The notes below the pieces were generated by a model. The model searched no databases. It worked only from the letters and a program-made list of their open reading frames with translations, and was not told the DNA's origin. This document shows positions 1-15,600 of a stretch of DNA of 64,000 nt, in pieces; within the stretch, counting starts at the first letter, position 1, and each line of letters starts with the position of its first letter. Source of the DNA: Antechinus flavipes (taxonomy: Eukaryota); the NCBI RefSeq assembly GCF_016432865.1, contig NC_067400.1, positions 623,844,001-623,908,000 of the forward strand, read 5' to 3'. Position numbers and translations under genes: made by a program.

Positions 1-253
1 TAGGTGGCTCCCGCACCTCCAGCCCCTCGATCCCCGGGATGCTGACGGCAGCACATCCCCCAGGTGCTTGAGGGCAGAGCCAGTAGCAGGAAGGAGCCGC
101 CCCCCAGGAGCAGCAGGGCAGCAGCTGCGAGGGCGCAGGCCACTGACCAGGAATACTCGTACCCCAGCCAAGGGACGGGGCCTGGCCCGGTCCTGGCCAG
201 CAGCTCCCGGACCCCCTGGCGGAACAGCCCGAGGCTCACCAGCAACAAAAGTC
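1..253 (-). CDS. CACNG6: CACNG6 coding exon 4 (runs to window edge)
   Basis: GLLLLVSLGLFRQGVRELL...YEYSWSVAC...GAT then TA at positions 2-1. Confidence 0.9.
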
Positions 254-3200
254 CTGCGGGGAGAGAATAGGAAAAGGGATCCAGCGCTCCACTCAGCCGC
301 CCGGGGCCCGTGGTCTCCAGCTCCCAGCGGGCACTGCTGGGGTCCACAAATCTCAGACAGCAACAATCCCTAGAACTACCACTCCCGGCCTGCAGCACCG
401 GCCAGTCAACAAACATTTATAAGCGCCTACTGTGTGCTAGGCGCTGAGTGGCTGAGGCTCCAAGAACTACAACTGCTGGGGAGCAAACCCCTCAGAGACT
501 TCCCCCCGCCCCCATACATTATTGCCCCTCACAATATGATGCGCTCTCTGGAAATCCCAACTTCCAGCATGCAACTGGGCTGAATTCTGCAAATCGCCAG
601 CTTTGGGCCAGGCGGAGCACAGGGCCTGGGGAACCGGGCAGATATGGACCAGTCCCTACCTGAGAGGCTGAAGCAGACGGCCGCGTGCGTGAGCAGGAAC
701 TCGGCGCCTTTGCTGAGGACCATGATGACACAGATGCAGCCTAGGACCGTGATAGCCAGGGCCAGAGTGGCAGTGATGGCTGCAGCTACTCCCAGCTCTG
801 GGGGGGGGGGGGGAGAGGGGAATAAAGGAGGGGAGGGGAGGAGAGGAGAATGAAAAAGAGGAGGGGAGTGGGGAGGAGAGAACAGGAGAGGGGAGGGGGG
901 GGGGAAAAGCACATTAGAGACAGCTCCATTATGGCCTACCTGGGGAAGGCAAGCAGTGGCATTGTAGAAACAGGAGCCCCTCCCCGACTGCCCGGGCAAC
1001 TTTAGGGAGGTGACTTCATTTCTCTGGCACTTTTCCTCATCTGTAAAATGGGCTGGAGGGAGTTTAGAATGGAATGGAGCCGGGTGACTTCTGGCATTCC
1101 CTGAGGCTCCTTCGGGGCCTGAATCTCAGCCCAGGAGACCCCCGGGGGCTAAGAGGACCTACCTTTTTTCGTTGTCCTCTGCAGGATCCGGTTGTTCTCC
1201 CCCGTGGTGAAGAATCTGAAGTAAGAGCAGTTTGCCTCTGCGGGAAGAAGACACAGATATGTGGGGGATGCTAAAGTCAGGGAAAGGGAGAGAAGTGGAT
1301 GGAAGGACAAAGGAGGAGGGGAAGATCTGGCTCTCATAGCTAGCCGATTGTGGAACAGTCATTGTCCTCTGTGTATCCACTTCCTCTTCTGGGAAATGGG
1401 AATAATGAGCCCCAGCCTCCCTATGCTACGGTCCAGAGAGAAGTGGGTGGAGCTTAAGGGAAGGAGGGAAGGAGTCCGCTGGCCAAGTCCGGGTCCTTGT
1501 ATCACAGGTCTCCCCACTGCAGTTTAGAGTCTGGCCCCTTTTCCCAAGAAGGCCGATGGCGGCCCCCTAGGCCGGAGAGTGGCCTCTGTGATCTCCAGGA
1601 TGGTCTGGCTCCTGTCTCCTCCATCTCCCGCTTTCCTGAGTCTGTTCTCGGGTTTACAGAGAGAAGATCTAGGCAAACTGAGTCACAAATGAGGGGCTGA
1701 CTCTCCGACTGGGAAGAAGCCTCAGCGCTATCTGACGCAGCGCCCCCTGCAGCTGCGGAGCCTTGCCACCACTCTTGATCGCACCCTCCGGGGTCGGGCG
1801 GCCGCCCCTCCCTCCTCCGCACAAAGGCTCCCATGTCCCCTCACCCCACCCCATGCGTCCTCCCTTCTCCAGCACATTCTGAGCCTTCAACTGAGCATCA
1901 TATTACCTAGATTCAAGCCGCCCCCCCCCCTCCCCGCCCTGGATACCTTCTGGATATTCCCCATCTAGCAATATCCTCGAACTGCCCCTCCCAAAATTAA
2001 AAATACGCGATCTGGAGAAGACTCTCCATTCCCGGAAGCCGGGCCCAACGTCCCATTAGCGTAGTGGGCTTCCTTATCCCACGGCTGGTTTTGCTTCTCA
2101 TTGAGCTTGTAGTCCACTGAGATCTCTAGATTTTTTTTTTCAGCTGCACCGCTATCTACCTTCTTCCCAGGTCTTCAGCATTAACTTTTTTTTTTTTTTA
2201 AACTAGGCTTAAGAATAGAAAATTATTGGCTAACGTTTATCTTATTAGATTCACCCCGGCCTTCTAGCTTGAAAAAGTCTGGGGCTTCTATGTTTTCTGA
2301 AGAGATGGCTCCCCCGACCTCTTCCACAGCCGGATGGCTCCGGAGTCTGCGATTTGGCCTCTGTCCAGGCTGATCAGCAGCCTGCCTCATCTCAGCATCT
2401 CTCTCTCCCTCCCAGTGGTCAGAACTCGCAGCTGTCCTTCATGTCCTTCTACGGACAATTAACTTAAAAATAAGTTAATTCTGTCGATTCTTGTTCTCCA
2501 GGGGCCAGGGTGAGGTCACGGCCCTGTCTCTGCCTTCCCAAGAAGCTTCTCTCTGTCCCCCCAAGTCCGGCCTATCTCCCCTATCTCTGTATCATCTCTG
2601 TCTCTCCCTCTGTCTCTGCCTCTCTGTCTCTGTATTTCTCTCCCTCTCCTTTTCTCCTTGTCTCTGGCTGCCTGTCTGTGTCTCTCTCTCTCCCTCTTCT
2701 TCTTTCCTCCCCTTTTCCTCTCCGTCTCTATTTCTGTCTCTCTTTCTATCTCTAATCTGTTTCTCACTCCTCAGAGATCCCTGTCTCCCTTCTGCTATCT
2801 CCCTATCCCCCCATTTTCCTCTCTCCATCCTCTTTCTGCTTCCTCTGCCTCTGTCGGCGATAGATGGTCCTCCGTGTCACATCTGAGTCTCAGACTCAGA
2901 GACGTGGGGTGTCTGCCTTTCCCACAGGGTCACTCCTAGGTTTGGGGGTGTCTGCTTTTCCCACGGGGTCACTCCTAGATTTGGGGGTGTCTCCCCACGT
3001 CCCTGGGGCTGCCAGGGCTCCTTCCCCTCCCTTAGCCTGGTACGGCTCTGAGGCTGGGTTGTCCGTTATTCCCAGCAATCCCTGGGCAGAACCCCCCCCG
3101 GGCGGTGGGCTTCACATAACCTTCCTGTTCTCCAGTCCCTGGGGGCAGCCAGAGGCGTGCGCTGGCTCCCGGTCTCTCTCTGGGCACTATGGCCCTGTCT

Positions 3201-5415
3201 CTGTCTCCCGGGGGGAACAGCGGCCTAGAGCATCCCCACAAAGTCTCAAGGAAACCCGAGTCTGGCTCTCTACTTTCCCAGAGCCGAGCTGAGCTCAGGG
3301 TGTCTCACCATCTGACCAGCCGCAGGTGCGGATCACTGCCTGTCTCCCCAGGAAAGTGCCGGGGCGCCCCCAGGAACAGGCAGAGGTCAGGGATGCGTCT
3401 GCGCCCCCCAGTTTAATGCATCTCTGCCACGCCCCGCTCAGTGAGGGGAGTAGAGCATCTCCGTACATCCCAGCAGCAGCAGCAGGCCCGATGGGCCGTG
3501 TTGGGGAGCACCCAGAGGAGGAGGAGGGGGTTCTAGAGCCTTCTCCTTGGGTCCGTGAGGGCCCGGTTGCTCGGAACATCTCCCCGGCATCACCTTGCCT
3601 CGGATTAGGCCGAGGGGAGACCTCGCTCCATCTCGAGGGGTTGCTCTGTAAGCCGGCGCTCTCCCGCCAGCATGGTCACATCATTGACCCCTCTGCAGCC
3701 AAAGGTCCGGGCCAGCTCGGCGCCCCTCAGCTCGGACACTCTCTGGGTCTCGTCTTCAGCTTCCTGGGCCTGCCTTCCTGGGCGCTGTCCCCGGCACACT
3801 CAGGATCGCTTAACGTCCCCCAGAGCCAACTCTGCGTCCCCCAGGCAGTCGAAAATTGAGGCCCTCGGAAGTCGGGGCTGTCTCACTCCTGGCCGCTCCA
3901 GGCCCTTCCAAGGCAGCCTGAGGCCTGGGCCTCCCCTGGAGCTCTGCCCTGGGTCCGGGCCCCATCAGAGCCCGGCCCAATCCCCACGGCTCCCCTGACT
4001 CCCTCGAGGTCTCTGGGTGCAGAGCCCAGGCCAGAGGTCCAGGCCCCGAGCGTCTCTCCATGTCCCTGGGACAGCGGGCAGTGAGAAGTCTGTGACTCCC
4101 CTCGCTCTCCCTGAGGGTCGTGGGGGTCTAGCTGGTTCTGACCGGCTGGGACTGAGCTCAGAGCCACAGCTCCTGGGGTGGTCTGGACTGCCCATCATCT
4201 CGGGGGGAGCTTGGAGGCACTCGTGTCTCTCTCCCAGATGTGGGCAGCACGCCTCTTCCCGGGGGGTCGGGTATTACCGCCTCTCCAACCCGTGGGGTTC
4301 CCTGGAGAGCTCGGGGGTACCCGAGGTCCGCCCTCAGACTTCAGCTCTCGGGTCTCACCCTGTGGGAGCCCCGCCCTCTCCGTGGCTCCCGAGGTCCGGC
4401 TCATCGTCCCGTCTCAGTTCTGAGTTCTTCGGACGAAGCCGGGACCGCCACGTCTCCTGGAGAGACCGACCGTCTGGGCCATCTGGACTTCTCCCGGGGG
4501 AGGAGCCAGGCAGGAGTCCCTGGCAGCCGATGGGTCTCCCCGGAAGCCCGAGATGCTGGCTCCCCCTGGGCTCCGAGTGAGCTCTCCCACAGAGCAGCTC
4601 TAGACCGCTCCCCGCCCCCCTGGAACAGCTCGCTCTGTCCCAGATCTCCCCAGGAGCTCAGGGGCTGAAAGCATCTCCGGATCCTTTCTGCCTGGGCTGC
4701 CATCGTCATCGGCTCGTTCCCCTCGAGCCGGTCAGTCAGAAAGCCACCTGGGTCCCCACTCCCCGTCTGGACCATGTCCCCGGCCCCCAGAGCACTTGGC
4801 GGGTCTAGGCGGCCCTACCCTACTTCCAGAGGAGCCCACCCCATCAGAAGTCCGGGCCTCCCGTTTCCTCAAGTTCCCTGGATCTCTGCCTCGGTCTCAG
4901 CCGTCCCTCTCTGCCTCGGAGTCCCTGACTCACTGTCTCCTTCCTGTGAGCCCGATTGGCCGAGCCTTAGTTTCCCTCTCTGTAAAAGTAGGGGGCTGTC
5001 CCAGCGGACTCTCCTCGGGCCCTGGGCCCTTTCCCTGGGTCTGCCTCTCTCAGGGTCTCCCTGTCTCCCCGGGCCGCCTTCGGTCCTCACCTCCAGGTAA
5101 CTCAGCAGGGCCACAGGTCTCCCTGTTGGGGGGCAGGTCCTCCAGCCAGAGCCTCTTGGCACACACTCGCCACAGCCCGAGGTGGGCAGCTTCACACACG
5201 CCACTCGTGCCGTTGCCCCGTTTGGTGCCCAGCTCCACCCAGAACTCGGTGCCCACGGCCAGCACCGCCAGGGCCGTGCCCATGCCGGCCAGCAGCAGGG
5301 CCAGCTTGATTGGGCCGCGGCGCTCCCGGGCCAGGCCGGGCCTTTGGGCTCTCCTCCGCGCTGCGTCAGCCCGGCGTCTCTCCTCCTCCTGGATGAAAAA
5401 GTTAGACCACATCAT
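1..5415 (-). CDS. CACNG6: Voltage-dependent calcium channel gamma-6 subunit (gene span, 4 coding exons)
   Basis: Exons 5415-5091, 1237-1163, 797-660, 253-1 splice in frame to MMWSNFFIQEE...GAGGAGAT followed by TA, the first two bases of a stop codon. 263 aa; start context ccaccATG. Confidence 0.95.
660..797 (-). CDS. CACNG6: CACNG6 coding exon 3 (138 nt)
   Basis: ELGVAAAITATLALAITVLGCICVIMVLSKGAEFLL...FSLS; AG/GT boundaries. Confidence 0.93.
1163..1237 (-). CDS. CACNG6: CACNG6 coding exon 2 (75 nt)
   Basis: cag|AG..; EANCSYFRFFTTGENNRILQRTTKK; donor G|gtagg. Confidence 0.93.
5091..5415 (-). CDS. CACNG6: CACNG6 coding exon 1 (325 nt)
   Basis: MMWSNFFIQEEERRR...HLGLWRVC...PAELPG; donor G|gtgag. 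Confidence 0.93.
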
Positions 5416-5876
5416 GGTGGCTGGGGGAGAAGGGGTCCAGCCCCACCGGGCTGCCCCAGGCCCCAGGTGGCTGGCCGGGCCTCCAGCGCAGGCTCGGCCC
5501 CCAGCCCCACCGCTCTCCCGGCTGGTCGGGGTCCCCGGCGCCGCTGCACCAGCCCCCTCTGCTCCGACTGCGGCCTCCCCCCTGACCCACACAGACAGGC
5601 AGGCAGCCCTGCCCCCGACCAAGGCCTCTGGGGCTATTTTGGGCCCCACCATGTAAGTAACACCCGCACCTGTTGTGGGTATTTTAAGGGAACAAGTGGA
5701 GGGAGGGAGGCTGGGGGTGGGAGGAGCTGGAGCCTGGATGCCCGGGTCCTGGAGAGGGCAGGGACTGGGGGAAAGGGATGCCTGAGTCCTTCCAACAGAG
5801 GGGGAGATGAAATCTGGGCTTCTCCTAGGAAGGGGGCCCAGCTGGAATAACAGCCCACACCGTTCTCTTCATCGAC

Positions 5877-5882
5877 TTTATT
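5877..5882 (-). terminator. Putative distal poly(A) signal of CACNG8
   Basis: AATAAA on - strand, about 2.1 kb after the stop and the last one seen before CACNG6. Confidence 0.55.
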
Positions 5883-6440
5883 AGACAGGACACCCTCACA
5901 GGGTGGTCCACGCCGCCCCGGCCCCGAGCCTGCAGCCCCAGTCGGCAACCAGGACTAGGACATCAGCAGGGTGAGGAGCCAGGCCCGTCAGGGAGGCAGG
6001 GATGGAGGCAGGTTCGGGATCCTGTCTCCATGTGGCAACAGCTGACCGGATACCGCTTGGCTCGCCCTATCCCAGATTCTTCAGCCCCTCCCTCTGGCCG
6101 CTGGCCCTCAGCATCTCTCTGGAGCCATTAAGCCTGCTCTGTCTCTCCCATCGGGCTTCCCTGCTGGTACCTCTCTCCCTCCTGTGTGTCCCCTTGTCTC
6201 TGGGTCACTGTCTCCGTCTCCGGAGGTAACATGTGCCTGGATAGAGCTCAGTAGGTGCCTTTGTCCCTCTGCCTTCTCATGACTCTCTGGGCAAATATAA
6301 TCTGCATTTGATGCCATATATGTGTATTTATGTATGCGTGTGTGTGTATATACACTCACATACACACACACACACAAACAGAGAGAGAAAGAAACATCTG
6401 CTGTCTCTTCTGTTCCGATCTCTGTATCCTTTGGGGGTTT

Positions 6441-7270
6441 TATTATTCTAGTAATTTGATTTTGATTTATCATGTCTTTATCACTACTTTGCTCGTTAGT
6501 TGACACTTCCCGGCCCTAGACAGATTCATAGTCTTTCTCTGGCATCCCTCTTCCCTCTATTATTTTGTAGTCATTTGATTTTGATTTTTCATGTCATTAC
6601 CACTTCGTTTGCATCCCTCTTCCCTTGATTATGATAATAATTTGATTTTGATTTTTCATTTCTTTATCACTACTTTGCTTGCTTCTCTCTTCCCTTTTTA
6701 TTATTTTATAGTAATTTGATTTTGATTTTCCATGTCTTTATCACTATTTTGCTTGTTAGTTGACTCTCCTGGCCCTAGACAGATTTAGTGTCTTCCTCTG
6801 CCATCCCTCTTCCCTCTATTATTTTATAGTAATTTGATTGTGATTTTTCATGTCTTTATCACTACTTTGCTTGCATCCCTCTTCCCTTGATTATGATAGT
6901 AATTTGATTTTGGTTTTTTCATGTCCTTATCACTTCGCTTGCATCCCTCTTCCCTTTTTATTATTTTATAGTAATTTGATTTTGGTTTTCCATGTCTTTA
7001 TCACTACTTTGCTTGTTAGTTGACTCTTCCTGGCCCTGGACAGATTCAGTGTCTTCTTCTGGCATCCCTTTTCCCTTTATTATTTTATAGTAATCTGATT
7101 TTGATTTTTTGATGTCTTTATCACTACTTTGCTTGCTTCCCTCTTCCCTCTATTATTTTAGAGTAATTTGATTTTAATTTTTCATGTCTTTATCATTACT
7201 TTGCTTGTTAGTTGACTCTTCCCAGCCCTAGACAGATTCAGTGTCTTCCTCTGGCATCCCTCTTCCCTCT
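6441..7270. repeat. AT-rich compound minisatellite (about 70 and 118 bp units) in the inferred CACNG8 3'UTR
   Basis: Core TATTATTTTATAGTAATTTGATTTTGATTTTTCATGTCTTTATCACTACTTTGCTTG occurs 9 times; 4 copies carry an extra block of about 46 bp. Confidence 0.9.
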
Positions 7271-8000
7271 GTCCTTTTCTAGCTCTTGCTTGTCCTCCCA
7301 TGGCTCCTTATCTTTATCTGTTGTCTGTCAACACAGTATTTATTAAGCTCCTACTGTGCGCCAGGCACTGTGTGGGGATTCACACGCTGGGTTTCCTTAC
7401 TTTTCCTTCTCTCTCCCCATGTCTCCTTACCTCGGTCTCCGTGACAGAGGAGCAAGGCATTGTGGGTACAGGTAAATATATAAACGGTCTGTCTCTGTCT
7501 CCCCCTTTTTGTGCCTCTACTTCCCCAAACCCCTCTTTTCTCAGGCTCTCTCTGGAAGGGCTTTCTCTCACGCGGCCTCTAATCCCTTTGCTCTCTCTCT
7601 CAGCCAGTCTTTCTCTGCCTCCCTCTGGTCTTCACGTTCTTTTTGTCAGGGGTCCCCTGTGTTCCCCGGACCGGGCCAGGTAAGACCCCCCCAACCCCAT
7701 TCCCACCCCCCCCATGCAAACAGCAAAAAAAATACAGATTTGAAAACTGCAAAAAACACTACAGCCCCCCCAGCGTCCCCCCTTCCCTGCCCCCCCTGCC
7801 CCCCCAACGTCCCCAGTTTGGATCCCGTTGTGTCCCTGCCGCGGTGGGGTGGTGGGTGGGCCGGGATCCCCAGCCTCCCACGTCCAGGCTGGGCCAAGCG
7901 TCGGCTGCCGGCCCCCTTCTCGGCGCCCTCTTGGCTCGTCCGCTCGCTCGCCCGCCAGCGGGCCCCCACCCCCCTCCCAGCACCCCGGCCGGCCCGCCCC

Positions 8001-12601
<4,601 letters not shown>

Positions 12602-15600
12602 TCTGAAGGCTGGCAGCCGGGGGGCCGCCGGCCACCACCGGGGCAGCGGGGGAGGGGCCGTGCCTGCGGCGGGGGTTGGGCAGGCTCAGGCGAGACGGGA
12701 CCCCCCGGGGGGCTGGCGCCGGGCAGCGAAGAGGCAGGCGGGCGGTCGAGCACGGGGGTCAGCGGGCTGCCATGGTCAGTGGCTACAGAGACGGGAGGAC
12801 AGGGATTAGGGCGCTCGGACCTCCCAAGTCCTCCCAGAGGCCGGGTCTCCTCTCCCGCGGAGCCCCAGCGCTCCATTCTGCTCCCAGGGGGCGGGCTCTG
12901 GAGCCCAGCAACCTTTCCCGGCTGCTTGCCCAATATCTATCCCCCATCGTGCTCCAGGCAAACCCAAGTGCCCCAGAGCACCTCCTTCCGCCCCCAGCCC
13001 TCTGCAGGCACCATCTCCGGTATTTACCACCTGGCCTTAAACCACCCCCCCACCCCACCCCCCCCCCCCCCCCCCCCCCCTCAGACTCCGCCTTCCAGTC
13101 CCTTCCCGATTTCCCCCATTGTTAACGTTCCCAAATCACTGCGCATTTATTCTGTACGTGTCACGTCCCACCCACTGGAGAACAGGATATCCTCTCCTAG
13201 AATGCCAGGCCCCCAGAGCAGGATGATCTCCTTTCCATCTCCATGTCCCCAGTTCCTTGCCTAGCATTCAGTAGGGGCTCAATAAATGCATGTTCCTTGG
13301 TGGTATTTAATAACCCACAAGGCCTCCATAGGTTTTCCTTCTTATCCTTTTGACCCCACTCCGGCATCTCCCGGGTTCATAGGATTAGAAGAATTAGAGC
13401 TAGAAAGGGGCTCTGAAATCTTCCAGTCCAACAGGCCCATTTCACAGATGGGGAAACTGAGATCCAGAAAGGAAAAAGGATTAAATTCTATTCCTTCGTC
13501 CTGGCGATCCCCAAAGCCTGCTGTCAGTTCCAAGCCCAGGAGGAAAAGGCAAGAAGGAAGGCTTGGAGGGAGGAGAGAGGGAGGCGAGGACTCAGTCCCC
13601 CAACGAGCCTTCCTGAATACTTCCCAGAATAAACAATAATAATAGCCAGCAGTTCTAGAGCTCTCCGAGTGTTATCTCATTTGATCCTCATAACAAACTC
13701 TGACGAAGGTCTTACTATGTTACATGTGGGGATACATTTTATGACACACGAGGAAACCGAGGCTGAAACGATGGTGACTGGAGCCAGTGTAGAACCCGAG
13801 CTCTCGTCTCCAAGTTCCACACGCAGATGCTCCTCTCCCCCCACTCCCAGTTCCCCCATGTGTCTCCATATTTTGTTACATCTGCCTCTGCCCACAGGAT
13901 CCTCGGAGTGAGGATACTCCAGGCTCACTCAGCGCTAGCTTTGTGACCCAGGACAAATGGCTTTTCCCCGTCCTTTAGTCTTCTCCTCTGTCAAAGGCAA
14001 GTTTTGCCCTAGAAAATGACCTTTGGGGTCTTTTTTGGATGGAAACCTATGATTCTATGACCTAGACAACCTCCCCACAATTTATTATTATAGAGAATAT
14101 CTTGGCCATTTAACAGGATGATAAACTGAGGCTTGGAGAAGATGAGGGACTAAAATGTCTTCCTCAGCCATTCCCATATTGGGGGGAGGGGAGGAACAGA
14201 GCGGGACCCCCTGGCCAAAGCAAGCCCTCTGGGCTGTTGAGCGGCATCCATGGACTACTTTTGCCTTCTTCCCTCATCTCCACCTTCTGTTCCATCTCCT
14301 CCCTCCACGGCAACCTCTGCCCCATCGTGACCTTGACTAGCATGGCTCCTCACTGTTGACCCCCTCGCCATGGAATCCACAATTTTCAAAGCAAAAGAGA
14401 TCTTGGGGAGCAGAGTTTAACCACCTCTTCTTCCGGGGGGGGGGAGAAAATTAATCCGTACCAGGGACTCGGATTGTCCCCTCCTCCCACCACCACTTGA
14501 GTTCCCAGTCTTTCCTCTCAGCATCCCAGAGGCCAGGAAGAGAAGAACAAGGATGAGAAAGAAGAGACCCCCTTTAACAAACCTCCGGGGCCCCCTGTGC
14601 CCTTTGTCAGGAGCCCTGCCCCTCTTGGCTTATTGTCCGCTCCCCAGATTGGGTATCTCCCGGTTCCCGGCATTCCTTGCCCCACTGCTGACCCCATAGC
14701 CCCATTACCTCTGTCTACTAGAGGCAAAATTTCTCATCCTGAGCATCACCCCCCCCCCAGTTTCCAGTCTCTCCGGGCCCCACAGAGACAGAGTGGGGAT
14801 CTCAGAGAGCAGAGAAGGTAGGGACCCCATGATGAAAGCATTCTCTCCCTCCTGTTCCCAGAGTCCTTCCCGGGTGACCACTATTTCTTCTGGCTTCCCC
14901 TCTTATCCTCACCCACTCTTCCTGCTGCTCAAAGAAACCCCTGACTTTGTCTTCTTCCACCCCTTCAATCTGACTTCCAACAGTCCCCTCCAATTGTAGA
15001 GACCCCCAGATTCATAGCTCAGTGGAAAATAAAGGAACCTTTAAAAATTATTGGTCTGGACTTATTTTACAGGGGAGGAAACTGAGGCACAGGGAAGGAA
15101 AAAGAATTTTTTTTTATCACTCTCTCCCTTGGCACTCACAACCCCCACAGCTCAGAGACCTGACAGACAAGAAGCATAAGAGGGTTTAGAACCCCCACCC
15201 TAAAGAACTCCATCCTTGGACCCCCAGCTTCTACTCAGCTGACAGTCACTTCATTTCCACCTCCTGTTACTTCTTCCCTTCCCCCCGGCACCCCCAATCT
15301 CAGGCTCCTCCCCCCTCCCCCAGATCTCTCTCAGAACCTAGAATGCCTAAGTTCTCGGGCACCGTAACCTTGGCCGCTGCCTCAGTTTCTCCCCCATTCC
15401 TCTTATTAGCTAAAGAGGGGCCGGATGTAGGGGAGGTGGTCACCATGGCAACGGGGCCTTTAAGAGGCCTCCTCTCCTCCCCCATCCTCTTCCCTCCCAC
15501 ACACCAGTCCCTCCGATCTGCCTCCAGGCAGACCCCGGGGCGTCCCCCCACACACTCTTTTGTAGTCCCGCTTGGCCAGGAGGGGGCCTCCCAGACCCCA

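Noticed and set aside
40-110. Apparent frameshift in CACNG6 exon 4
   Set aside because: Recounting the G runs shows the frame is intact through to GCC ACC TA
3781-3800. REST/RE1 half-sites (GGACAGCGCC here; TTCAGCACC near 51969)
   Set aside because: Only one half matches in each case
6441-7270. CRISPR-like repeat-spacer appearance
   Set aside because: Eukaryotic DNA, the inserts are copies of one another rather than unique spacers, and there are no cas genes
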